This document shows, in pieces, positions 1-8,888 of a stretch of DNA of 64,000 nucleotides (its first letter is position 1; each line of letters starts with the position of its first letter). Position numbers and translations under genes: made by a program. The DNA is taken from NCBI GenBank assembly GCA_963782055.1, contig CAWAIF010000003.1, positions 2,496,001 through 2,560,000 of the forward strand, given 5' to 3'. Under the pieces are notes generated by a model. It saw only the letters and a list, made by a program, of their open reading frames with translations, searched no databases and had not been told where the DNA came from. This DNA comes from an uncultured delta proteobacterium. GTDB taxonomy: Bacteria > Myxococcota_A > Polyangia > Polyangiales > Polyangiaceae.

Positions 1-492
1 GCCGCGCACCGCCGCGTACGCCGCGGCGTCGCCGTCGTAGCTCACGTTGATCTGCGCGAAGCCGGCGAGGCGCTTCGCGCGCTCGGGGGTGAGGCCGAGG
101 CCGCTCGTGGTGAGCACCGGCGTGATGCCTCGCGCGCGCGCCTCCGCCGCGAGCTCGTCCAGGTCGTCGCGCAGGATGGGCTCGCCGCCGCCGAAGGCGA
201 CGGTGAAGACGCCGGCGCGCTCCATGGCGTCGAGGGTCGCCAGCAGATCGGCGCGCGGCACGTGGTGGCCGTCCGGTCGGGCGTCCAGGTAGCAGCCCTC
301 GCACCCCGCGCCGCAGCGGCTGGTCACCGCGAGGTGCACCTCCAGCGGCGCGCTCGCGGCAGGGGCCTCGCGGTCCCACACAGGCGCGCCGTCCACGCCG
401 AGGGCGCGCACGCCGTCGCGGTCCAGGGCGACCAGCGCGGGCATGCTCTCCAGCTTCGCCCAGGCGCCCCACGGCTCCAGCCGCAGCCTCAC
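1..492 (-). CDS. Radical SAM protein, 3' end runs off the window
   Basis: Minus strand reads RCGAGCEGCY (CxxxCxxC) at about 289-318 and VAFGGGEP at about 178-201. GTG start at 492 overlaps the TGA of the upstream small ORF (GTGA). Confidence 0.9.
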   Translation of the reverse strand, partial: MRLRLEPWGAWAKLESMPALVALDRDGVRALGVDGAPVWDREAPAASAPLEVHLAVTSRCGAGCEGCYLDARPDGHHVPRADLLATLDAMERAGVFTVAFGGGEPILRDDLDELAAEARARGITPVLTTSGLGLTPERAKRLAGFAQINVSYDGDAAAYAAVRG

Positions 493-752
493 GGCGCCGC
501 CTCCTCGTCGGGCGGGGCGTCCTTCGCCGCGGGCGCGTCCGCGGCCTCCGGCCTCGACGCCCCCGGTCCGCCGCCGCCGACCACCGTCACCTTCTCTGCG
601 GCGAGCGCGGCCGCGACCGCCGCGAGCAGCGCGCCGCCCGCGACGCCCATCACGAAGAGGGTGTCCACCACGCTGCCGATGCTGGAGCAGTTGGCGCCGT
701 GGCCTTCGCGCACGGCACGCACGTTCTGTTCGCGGACGTCGCGGTCGCTCAT
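489..752 (-). CDS. Small 87-aa protein with one hydrophobic segment, translationally coupled to the radical SAM gene
   Basis: ATG at 752 overlaps the upstream stop (ATGA) and its stop overlaps the rSAM start. Sequence MSDRDVREQNVRAVREGHGANCSSIGS, then a hydrophobic stretch and an acidic tail. Confidence 0.75.
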   Translation of the reverse strand: MSDRDVREQNVRAVREGHGANCSSIGSVVDTLFVMGVAGGALLAAVAAALAAEKVTVVGGGGPGASRPEAADAPAAKDAPPDEEAAP

Positions 753-1843
753 AGTCCGAAGCCGTCCAGATAGTGCGCGTCGATGCTGCGCAGCAAGAGG
801 AAGGCGGCCCCGACGACCGCGCCGGAGGCGAGCAGCGCCCGGAAGACGCGCGCCGCGGTGCGCGGCGAGCCGGCGGCGCTCCACGCCCGCGCGATGAGCG
901 CGATGGCGATCGCCGAGCCGCCGAAGGCGAAGAAGGGCAGGGCGTGCCCCTTCTCGTAGCGGGTGACGAGCACCGCGCCGACGCACGCGAGGTACAGGCC
1001 GTACGCCAGCGCGAGCGGGAGGAAGGCGCGGACGGGCGCGGCTACCCCGCGGTGCTTGCGCGCGACCGCCACGCCGGAGAAGGCGGCCAGGGCGGCCAGG
1101 AGCGCCACGGCGATCCACCCCAGCACGCGCCGCCGCTCCAGCCGCTTCACCTTCGCCAGGAGCGAGGGATCACTCGCCGCGATGCGCGCGGCGGCCACGC
1201 GCGCCCCGGCCAGATCACCCGCGGCCACACGCAGGTTGACCAGGCGAGACGACGCCTCCGCGCGCAGGATGCGGTCAGCGCTGGCGTCGGCCGACACGAG
1301 GTCGAGCTCGCGCATGCCGTCGGCGGGGCGGTCGAGCCGCGAGAGGTAGGCCTCCGCGGCGAGCATGCGCGCCTCCGCGCGGCACGGGCCGTCGGGGAAG
1401 GTGTCGGCGTCGCGGGCGAGGGCGTCGATCGCCGCGGGATCGGAGGTGGCCTGGGGATCGCGCCGGACCTTCTCGAGCCGGCGAAGCGGGGCGAAGCCGC
1501 CCTCCGAGTGGGCGCGCAGGGCGTCGATGCGCGTGTGCGCGCGCTGGGCATAGCGGAAGGAGGGGGAGGCCGTGATCGCCGCCTGGTACTGCGCGAGGGC
1601 GTTCGCGAAGGCGAGGTCCTTCTCGTCCATGCCGCCGAGCTGGTAGTGGGCCTGTGCGGCGACCCGCGCGTCGCCGGACCGCGTGGCGTCGTCGAGCAGC
1701 GCCCGCGCCGCGGCGGTGTCGCCGCGCGCGGCGTCGGCCTGGGCCTGGTCGAAGACATCGGCCAGCGCGGGGCGCGCCGCCGACCACGCGATCAGGAGCG
1801 TCAGGAGGACGGTCAGGAGCGCCCGGAGCCGGCTGAGGCGCAC
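749..1843 (-). CDS. TPR-like exported/membrane protein with C-terminal TM helices
   Basis: Signal peptide (LLTVLLTLLIAWSAARPALA), TPR-like AQAHYQLG/ALAQYQAAI segments and about 4 C-terminal hydrophobic helices. GTG start at 1843 is estimated. Confidence 0.7.
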   Translation of the reverse strand: MRLSRLRALLTVLLTLLIAWSAARPALADVFDQAQADAARGDTAAARALLDDATRSGDARVAAQAHYQLGGMDEKDLAFANALAQYQAAITASPSFRYAQRAHTRIDALRAHSEGGFAPLRRLEKVRRDPQATSDPAAIDALARDADTFPDGPCRAEARMLAAEAYLSRLDRPADGMRELDLVSADASADRILRAEASSRLVNLRVAAGDLAGARVAAARIAASDPSLLAKVKRLERRRVLGWIAVALLAALAAFSGVAVARKHRGVAAPVRAFLPLALAYGLYLACVGAVLVTRYEKGHALPFFAFGGSAIAIALIARAWSAAGSPRTAARVFRALLASGAVVGAAFLLLRSIDAHYLDGFGL

Positions 1844-1902
1844 CCGCGCGCACCCGGGACGCAAAACGGCTCCCCGGGCGTTACCCTGCACGAAGATTTC
1901 CG

Positions 1903-3804
1903 GTGCTCCACAAACTTTGGTACCCAAACGTGGTGCGCTCGCGGTCAGCCCTCCGGTGCCCTTCGGGCGATTGCCCCGCGCGTGCGCGGGTGCTGTGCGG
2001 CCTTGCAGCTTTGCTCTCGGTCCTGGCCGGATGCAAGGGCTGCAAGAACGACCATCCGTATGTGCCCTACAGCATCGACGACGAGGCGGGCGCCGACGCC
2101 GACGTGACCGACGCCGAGGTGGCCGAGCCGGACGTGGGCACGCCGGTGGAGGTCTTCGCCACGGTGGCGCCGGCCGGGGCGACCACCTGGTCGCTCCAGG
2201 GGCTGGACGTCGTGGCTCCCGCCGGGCAGGTCTTCGAGCTGGGCCTGCCCGTCGACCCCGGCGGGGAAGGGCACCGCGGCGTGGTGGCGATCGTGCGCAA
2301 GCAGATCGACCCCAACGATCCCGGAGCGCTCGTCTACTACCCGCCGGGCAAGGGGGGCGCGGTCGGGCCTCCCCAGACGCTCGCGCCCTCGCCGACGCTG
2401 GGCACGCCGGGCTCGACCTGCAAGGCGACCCGCCGCCTCTCGGCGGTGGGCAAGCGCAGCGTCGTCGTGGAGCGTGGCGTCGAGTGTCCGGTGGCCTCCT
2501 CGCGCGTGCCCGACCGGAGCTTCCAGGTCTGGATGATCGGCGACAAGCCACGGCAGCACTTCGCCGCCGACGTCATCGACCCGGCAGGCGCGCCGAAGCT
2601 CTCGCTCGACGCCGACGCCGCCGATCGCGATGGCGACGGCATCGAGGACGTGACGCTGCACGTCTCGGTGGAGGGCGGCGGGGCGCCCTTCGAGCCGCTG
2701 CCGCACACGACGGCCACCATCAAGTGGTTCGACCGGCCGGCGGGCATGAGCCGCGACGCCAACGATCCCGAGGCGTCGCTGCACTCCCTCGCCTATGTCG
2801 CCGCCGTCCGCGCGGCGAAGGCCTCCACCGCGCCGCAGGTCCCCGACAGGGTGCGCGCGCTCCGCGCGCTCTACGTGGCGATGTGCGCCGAGGGGGGCGC
2901 GCCTCGCCTCGTGCACGTGCTGGGCGGCGGCCCGATGCAGTGCGGGCCGAGCCACGCGCTGGAGCAGGCGGGCCTCGCCGACACTCGCGCCTACGCCACG
3001 ATGGGCGACGCCCTGCGCGCCGTCACCGCGCTGGATCGCGCGCAGATCCCTCCGGCGACCAGGACCGCGGCGCGCACCGGCGACGCCCTGGCGTGGATCA
3101 ACCAGGTGGCGCCCACCGCGACGCCGGTGTCCATCCGGCAGGTCGCGGCGGTCCCGCTGGTGGAGCGCGGCAAGCAGCCGGCGTGGGGCGCGCTCGCCTT
3201 CGAGACCGACGGCAAGCTGCTGGTGCGCACCGCGGCGGGCGTCGTGCACGTCGACCCGGACCTGGGCGACGAGCTGGAGGCCATCGACGTGGCGCCGTGG
3301 GGCATGCCCGTGCTCTCGCCCGATGGCGCGCTGCGCTTCATCGAGGCGTACGACGCGTGCGACGGCGTCGCGCTGCACGCCACGCTCGCCCCCACCGGCG
3401 ACGGCGACATGGTGGAGGCGTCCTTGCCCATCGCGCCGCTCGGCGCCACGTGCAAGAGCTCGCGCGGGCAGCCGGTGCCGGCGATCCCGCTCGCCTGGGG
3501 GCTGGGCGGGCTCGCGGCGGTGGTGGCCGGCGAGCCGGTGCTGATCGCGCGCGACGGCAAGGCGTCGCTGCTCCACGCCCTGCCCGGCGACGCGGTCACC
3601 CTCGGCTCGCCCCGGTCGCCCGACGGCAAGACGTGGGTGGTGCCGACGAGCCAGGGCATCCTGATCGTCGGCGCCAGCTCGCGGCTGCTGCGCCACAAGG
3701 ACCTGGACGGCACCTACGCGGAGCAGCGAGGCTGCACGGTGAGCGACGGCGGCACCCGCGTGGCGTGCGTCCACGCCGGCCGCGTCTGGGTCGCCACCAT
3801 GTAG
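1903..3804 (+). CDS. Hypothetical lipoprotein
   Basis: 633-aa ORF with host codon usage, lipobox LSVLAGC and a DRDGDG Ca-binding-like motif. True start is probably slightly downstream. Confidence 0.7.
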   Translation: MLHKLWYPNVVRSRSALRCPSGDCPARARVLCGLAALLSVLAGCKGCKNDHPYVPYSIDDEAGADADVTDAEVAEPDVGTPVEVFATVAPAGATTWSLQGLDVVAPAGQVFELGLPVDPGGEGHRGVVAIVRKQIDPNDPGALVYYPPGKGGAVGPPQTLAPSPTLGTPGSTCKATRRLSAVGKRSVVVERGVECPVASSRVPDRSFQVWMIGDKPRQHFAADVIDPAGAPKLSLDADAADRDGDGIEDVTLHVSVEGGGAPFEPLPHTTATIKWFDRPAGMSRDANDPEASLHSLAYVAAVRAAKASTAPQVPDRVRALRALYVAMCAEGGAPRLVHVLGGGPMQCGPSHALEQAGLADTRAYATMGDALRAVTALDRAQIPPATRTAARTGDALAWINQVAPTATPVSIRQVAAVPLVERGKQPAWGALAFETDGKLLVRTAAGVVHVDPDLGDELEAIDVAPWGMPVLSPDGALRFIEAYDACDGVALHATLAPTGDGDMVEASLPIAPLGATCKSSRGQPVPAIPLAWGLGGLAAVVAGEPVLIARDGKASLLHALPGDAVTLGSPRSPDGKTWVVPTSQGILIVGASSRLLRHKDLDGTYAEQRGCTVSDGGTRVACVHAGRVWVATM

Positions 3805-3806
3805 AT

Positions 3807-4436
3807 TCAGGGGGCCGGGGAGCAGGGCGCCAGCACCGACTCCAGCGCGCGCCGGAGCATCGCGGTGGCGTCGGCGGGGGAGAGGTGCAGGGCGTAGCGC
3901 ATCGTGTCCCAGGTGCGGCCGTGCGCGAGCAGGTCCAGCGCGTCGAGCAGCTCGCGCTTGTCCGGCCGGCCGTCGAGCTCCCGCGCGAACACCTGCTCCA
4001 CCTCCCGGCGGCGTCGCTGCCAGGCCTCGTCGGTGGCGCGGCCGATCGCCGTCGACGCGCGCACGTGCTTCTGCGCGGTGTCGAGGAAGCTCGCCGCGCG
4101 GCGAACGGGCGAGCAGAACTCCAGCTCTCGACCTCGCACGTCGGCGAAGGCGGCGACGCGATTGGCCATGGGCAGGCGGGCGTCGACGTAGTCGCGCAGC
4201 GGCGCCACGCGCCGGGCGTGCTCCTCCACGGCCGCGAGGAAGAGGTCCTCGCGGGAGGGGAAGTGCTGGCGGATGGACCGCACCGCGACGCCCGCGCGCC
4301 GGGCGATCTGCGCCGCGGTGGGCTCCAGGTTCCCCTCCTCGACCAGGTCGAGCAGCGCCGCCACGATGCCGCGGTGCGTGCGGGCCGAGCGCTCGCGTCG
4401 CCCGTCCTTCTTGTCGTCGTCTCGCGGCGGAAGCAT
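3807..4436 (-). CDS. TetR/AcrR family transcriptional regulator
   Basis: DGRRERSARTHRGIVAALLDLV...PTAAQIARRAGVAVRSIRQHFPSREDL is a TetR N-terminal HTH. Confidence 0.9.
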   Translation of the reverse strand: MLPPRDDDKKDGRRERSARTHRGIVAALLDLVEEGNLEPTAAQIARRAGVAVRSIRQHFPSREDLFLAAVEEHARRVAPLRDYVDARLPMANRVAAFADVRGRELEFCSPVRRAASFLDTAQKHVRASTAIGRATDEAWQRRRREVEQVFARELDGRPDKRELLDALDLLAHGRTWDTMRYALHLSPADATAMLRRALESVLAPCSPAP

Positions 4437-4471
4437 CGCGGCCTGGAGTATCGCGTATCCGCGGCCCGCCG

Positions 4472-5947
4472 TCACGGCAGGCATGGCGGCATGCCGAGGT
4501 CGGAGCACGCGGGGAGGGGCTGGCCATCGAGGAGTGCCAGACCCCACCGGATGGCGAAGTCGGCGTTGCGGTCGACCACCGTCTGGTGCTGAGCGGCGGC
4601 GTCCACGCACACCTGCGGCGTGACGCCGTCGGCCAGGAGCTTCTGGACGTTGCACGCGGCCTCGCTCGCGGCGGGCATGATGTAGTCGGACAGCCCCTGG
4701 ACGTAGAGCACCTTCGCGCCCTTCGGGTCGGCGGTGACGAGGTTGCTCTCGAGGTATGCGTGGTAGCTCTTGCCTGGCTCGACGCACCCGGCGGCCTGAT
4801 CGCCGCCGTCGACGCACGCGAGCAAGGAGGTGCGAAGCTCGTCGTCGACGAAGTCCTTCACGTGCAGCGCGTTGCCCTGCAGCCACCCGCCCAGGGGCGC
4901 CTGGCAGAGGGAGGTGACCGCGCTGTCGAAGCCGGCGCGCGCCGGCGCGGGGAAGCCGTCGTCGGCGTGGCCCGCGCCCGCGTGGTTGAAGAAGTAACCG
5001 AACGTCCGCATCACCGCGACGACGTTGTCGCTGATCCCGGTCTGGATGGTGAGCTCGTCGGGGTTGCGGAGCATGTCGAGGTAGTCGAAGGAGTTGAGGC
5101 GCGTGGGCCACTCCGGCGCGAAGGCGATGACGCCGACGAGATCGTCGCCGGCGCCGTAGCTCGACGCGATCGCCTGCGCGGAGAGCACCGCGCCGCCGCC
5201 CTGGCTGTAGCCGACGGCGAGCACCTCGTCGGAGAGCGCGCCGGGGGCCAGCAGCTTGCGCAGCGCGCGCGCGCCGTCGAGGATGGAGTGCGCCTGATCG
5301 CGGTTGTCGAGGTAGCCCTGCACGCCCTCGTTCCCCAGGCCGGCGTAGTCGGGGACGATCACCGCGTAGCCGAGGCCCGCCCACGGGAGGGCCAGCTCGC
5401 GGTTGGAGGTGGCGTCCATCGACGGCGCGCAGCCGTCGGCGATGCCGTCGGTGGGGTGGCCGACGACGATCACCGGGAGGGGCAGGGTCGCCGGCGCGAC
5501 GGGGAGGTAGACGCGTGCCGTGCTCACGCCGGGCGAGCCGTCGCCGCGCTCTGTGCGGAAGGCGACGCGGTAGATCGTCACGCCGGTGGTCATGGGCGTG
5601 GTGAGTCCCTTGTCGGCGACCTGCGCCTTGACCTCGGCGAGGGTGGTCGGGCCGTCCAGGGCGCAGCGCACCAGGTCGCCACGCGCGGCGGTGGTCATCG
5701 GCGGCAGGGCCGGCGTGACGTACACGTGGTCCAGGGTGTCGCCGCAGGGCACGGCGGGGACATCGGCGCGCGGTGGCGCGCTCGCGTCGGTCGCCGCGCC
5801 GGCGTCGCTGCGGGCGCCCCCGTCCGGTGACGGTGCGGCCGCGCCGGCGTCGTCCGCCGCGGTCGGCCCGGCATCAAGCGTGAGCGGCGCGCCTGAGCAG
5901 GCGGCGAGCGAGAGCACGAACAGACCGAAGAGCCCCCGGCGCAGCAT
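4472..5947 (-). CDS. Secretory lipase (LIP family) lipoprotein, alpha/beta hydrolase
   Basis: Lipobox LSLAAC, HPTDGIADGCAPS, PDYAGLG and the GYSQGG nucleophile motif. Confidence 0.88.
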   Translation of the reverse strand: MLRRGLFGLFVLSLAACSGAPLTLDAGPTAADDAGAAAPSPDGGARSDAGAATDASAPPRADVPAVPCGDTLDHVYVTPALPPMTTAARGDLVRCALDGPTTLAEVKAQVADKGLTTPMTTGVTIYRVAFRTERGDGSPGVSTARVYLPVAPATLPLPVIVVGHPTDGIADGCAPSMDATSNRELALPWAGLGYAVIVPDYAGLGNEGVQGYLDNRDQAHSILDGARALRKLLAPGALSDEVLAVGYSQGGGAVLSAQAIASSYGAGDDLVGVIAFAPEWPTRLNSFDYLDMLRNPDELTIQTGISDNVVAVMRTFGYFFNHAGAGHADDGFPAPARAGFDSAVTSLCQAPLGGWLQGNALHVKDFVDDELRTSLLACVDGGDQAAGCVEPGKSYHAYLESNLVTADPKGAKVLYVQGLSDYIMPAASEAACNVQKLLADGVTPQVCVDAAAQHQTVVDRNADFAIRWGLALLDGQPLPACSDLGMPPCLP

Positions 5948-5964
5948 GCCGGAGGCTCTACCAC

Positions 5965-5992
5965 AACTATTTGCCGACGCTGGCAAATAGTT
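5965..5992. promoter_or_regulatory. Perfect 11-bp inverted repeat, probable TetR operator
   Basis: AACTATTTGCC-gacgct-GGCAAATAGTT, AT-rich, about 18 bp upstream of the lipase-tetR start. Confidence 0.6.
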
Positions 5993-6028
5993 TGCGCGGC
6001 CGAAAGGCGGGGCCGCGCGGCGTGGGCG

Positions 6029-6463
6029 TCACGGCGTGACGGTGAGGGTCCCGTGCATCGTCTTGTAGTGGCCGGGGAAGGTGCAGATGTACGGGTACGT
6101 CCCCGCCGCGGGCGCGGTGAACTGCACCTCCACCTGACCGCCCGGAGTGGACAGCGGGGTGTGCGCGATGATGTTGGGGTCGCTGGCGTTGACGTAGCCC
6201 GCGGCCTCGCCGGCGGTCATGCCAGCCTGCGCGACCTCGTCCTCCTTGCCCGGCTTCACCAGCACCCAGTTGTGCTTCATCGCCTGGGAGGTGGCGTGGT
6301 TGGTGAGCGTGAGGTGGACCTTCTGGCCGGCCTTCACGGTCATCGCCGCCGTGTCGTACGTCATGGTGTCGCCCACCGAGGCGATGTTGAGCTCCGCCGT
6401 GCCCTTGCCGCACGCGACGAGAAGGACGGAAGCTGCGGCGGCGTACAGAAATGAGTTTCGCAT
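6029..6463 (-). CDS. Azurin/auracyanin-like blue copper lipoprotein
   Basis: MKHNWVL and YICTFPGHYKTM type-1 copper ligands; lipobox LLVAC. Confidence 0.92.
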   Translation of the reverse strand: MRNSFLYAAAASVLLVACGKGTAELNIASVGDTMTYDTAAMTVKAGQKVHLTLTNHATSQAMKHNWVLVKPGKEDEVAQAGMTAGEAAGYVNASDPNIIAHTPLSTPGGQVEVQFTAPAAGTYPYICTFPGHYKTMHGTLTVTP

Positions 6464-6601
6464 GGCTCCGCATTTGGCGACATACACGCCCGCCGTCAAG
6501 CGTCGCCCGCGCGATCCTTGCAGCTCCCGTCATCCCGGGATCGGACGCCCCGGACCGCCGCTGGGCCAGGTGTCGTGGGCGCGCCCGGATGTCAGGTGGA
6601 C

Positions 6602-7225
6602 TTACTTCGGCGAAGAGGGGCTGCGCGTGCCGGCCCTCCGCGGGGCCGTGGTGCAGAGGATGTCGTCCTCCTCGCGGGTGCTCTGCAGGCACTGCACGCG
6701 GGAGTCGTTGCAGCGCACGACGAGGACGCCGTGGTCGTGGAGGGTGGCGAGCGGGGTGCTCGCGTTCTGCACCGCGCGCGCGGGTGTCTGCGCTTCGCAG
6801 CCGGAGGCCATGAGCAGGTCGACGCGCCGGCCGCCGCCGACGAGCTCGATCTTGTCGAGTCGCGCCTTCGCCGCGGCGGAGCCCTTGTCCATCGCCCGGA
6901 CGATGGGCGTGAGCTGCGTGACCAGGTGCTTCACCCACGGCTCGTCCACCGGCGGCTCGTCCACCGCGGGCTGCGCCATCGCCGTCATGTAGGCGATGGC
7001 CTTCATCTGGACCTCCTGCGGATCGCCGGAGCCGACGGTGTTCTGCGGCTTGGGGATGGGCCGCGGCGGCATGAAGGCGGAGGCGGGAGGGCGAGGCTTG
7101 GCCGTGGCGGAGGCGCTCGCCTGCGGCGCGGGCGCCGCGCCTGCTTCGAGGATCGCGGCGACGCCCGGCGCGGGCTTGTCGCACCCGACGGCGAGGATGG
7201 TCCAGACGACAACCCAGGCGCGCAT
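6602..7225 (-). CDS. Hypothetical lipoprotein
   Basis: MRAWVVVWTILAVGC lipobox; 207 aa with host codon usage. Confidence 0.7.
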   Translation of the reverse strand: MRAWVVVWTILAVGCDKPAPGVAAILEAGAAPAPQASASATAKPRPPASAFMPPRPIPKPQNTVGSGDPQEVQMKAIAYMTAMAQPAVDEPPVDEPWVKHLVTQLTPIVRAMDKGSAAAKARLDKIELVGGGRRVDLLMASGCEAQTPARAVQNASTPLATLHDHGVLVVRCNDSRVQCLQSTREEDDILCTTAPRRAGTRSPSSPK

Positions 7226-7250
7226 GCCTTCCTGATACCATGCTCGCGTG

Positions 7251-8075
7251 GTGCGCCGTGAAGAAGCAGGTCGTCCGTCGGGCATGCCCGACGAACGACC
7301 TGCCTCAAGCTGCGCTTCTCCAGCGGGTGAGAGTCCCGCACCGGTAAGCGTCGGAGCGCCGGGTAGCAGGCCCCAGCCGAGCGGGAGAGATCCCGTCGGC
7401 CGAGCGGGGCGTCGAAAGGGTCCACGGACCGAGCGAGCACGCGGGCCGCAACATGAAGTGAAGCTTGCAGCCTCGTCAGATCTACAAACCGGGAGCCGAG
7501 CCGATCATGTCGCGGCGAAGGCAATATCGGCGGCGCCAGATCCGAAACGCGCCGTCGGTCCCGGCGGGGTAGGGAGCGCAGCACGCGTGCAAGGAGGAGT
7601 GCGGAACTCGGGAGGCCCGTCTGCGTCGCCCTCGTCGGGGCAAGGCGCGTCGTATAAGCCAGAGGCGAAGTCGGCCGCTGCGCAGCGGGAGTCCGAGGGG
7701 GTCACTGTACCGAAGAGCGAGGCGCGAGCTTCGCGAACGAACGCCGTGAAGAACAACGCGGCAGGAGGGAAAGACCCCTGCAGTGGTCGTGTCGGCGGAG
7801 CAGGTAAGCGCGAGGGCATGGCCGGCGAGACCGGTCCCAACCACCCCCATCGGCGACAGCCCATGGACAAAGTGCGACAACTGCAACGCCGGCTGTGTGC
7901 CGCGGCCAAGCGGCATCCGGAGCGCCGATTCCACGCGCTGTATGACCGCATCGCGAGGCGTGACGTCCTCGCGGAAGCGTGGAAGCGGGTAAGGAGGAAC
8001 AAGGGAGCCGCGGGCGTCGATGGCGAGCTGGTTCGTTATGCGGACGACTTCGTCGTGATGTGCAGGACGAAGCGT
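7251..8075 (+). mobile_element. Group II intron, 5' half (ribozyme 5' domains plus IEP N-terminus), cut by IS21
   Basis: Starts GTGCG at 7251. Structured RNA is followed by an RT ORF (RFHALYDRI...NKGAAGVDG...YADD). Ends at the AGCGT target site. Confidence 0.9.
7863..8075 (+). pseudogene. ltrA: Intron-encoded reverse transcriptase/maturase, N-terminal part, internally deleted
   Basis: The RT0 motif [16 protein letters not shown] is joined directly to the RT5 motif [12 protein letters not shown]1-4 are missing. Confidence 0.88.
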
Positions 8076-8888
8076 TGTGCGTTCCGGAAATTCTGAGGAC
8101 TGTTTTCCAGAAAATCTGACAGCCCCTGTGTCTCGGTCATCGAGCCGGAGTTCGTCCTCGGGAAGGTGCTTCGTCCTGAGCGATGGCCCGTCGAGACGTA
8201 GCAGCCGACCGTGCTCGAGGATTCGATCGACGATGGCCTCGGCGAGGTCATCGTCGTGCAGGACGGCCCCCCAGCGCTTCGGGTGCTTGTTGGTGGTGAA
8301 GACCATGGCGCGGCGGCGGATGTGTCGGTCGTTGACGACGTGGTAGAGCACGTTGGCGGCATCGTCGCCGTAGCCAAGGTAACCGACCTCGTCGACCACC
8401 AGGACGTGAGGCTTGACGTAGCGCCCGAGCGTGTCGCGCATGGTGCCGTCACGACTGGCGGCGGACAGGTCGTCGATGAGCTCCGCCGCGGTCGTGAAGA
8501 GCGCATCGAAGCCGTTCTGCATCGCGCGGTACGCGATGGCGACGGCGAGGTGCGTCTTGCCGCGGCCAGGCTTGCCCTCGAGGATGACCGAATGACCTTC
8601 GGTGACGAAGTCCGGGGTGAGCAGCGAGCCGATGGTCGTGAGGCGCAGGCTCGACTGGTAGGTGAAGTCGAACTCCTCGATGGTGCGCAGGAAGGGAAAG
8701 CCGGCGGCGCGGACGGCGCGAGCGAGCCGCGTGCCGCGGCGATGCGCGACCTCCTCCGAGAAGAGCGTGAGGAGCAGCGCGTCGTACGACCAGTCTTCCT
8801 TCTCGGCGCGCTGGACGAGGTCGCGCCAGGTGCGGCGCGCGTTGGCGAGGTGCAGGCGCTTGAGCAGCGGGTCGAGGTCGGAGCTCAC
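8076..8888 (-). CDS. istB: IS21 helper ATPase IstB (no stop inside the element; ORF runs on to 7482)
   Basis: GKPGRGKT Walker A, LVVDEVGY Walker [12 protein letters not shown]. Confidence 0.95.

Noticed and set aside
1683..4592. Very long alternative ORFs (969 aa here; also 1945-4527, 17705-19957, 38013-40391, 42759-44846)
   Set aside because: Arg/Ala/Pro-rich shadow frames typical of very high GC DNA, overlapping well-supported genes.
7482..8075. IstB fused to a novel C-terminal domain
   Set aside because: The extension is read-through into the antisense strand of the intron; the other copy has a different tail.
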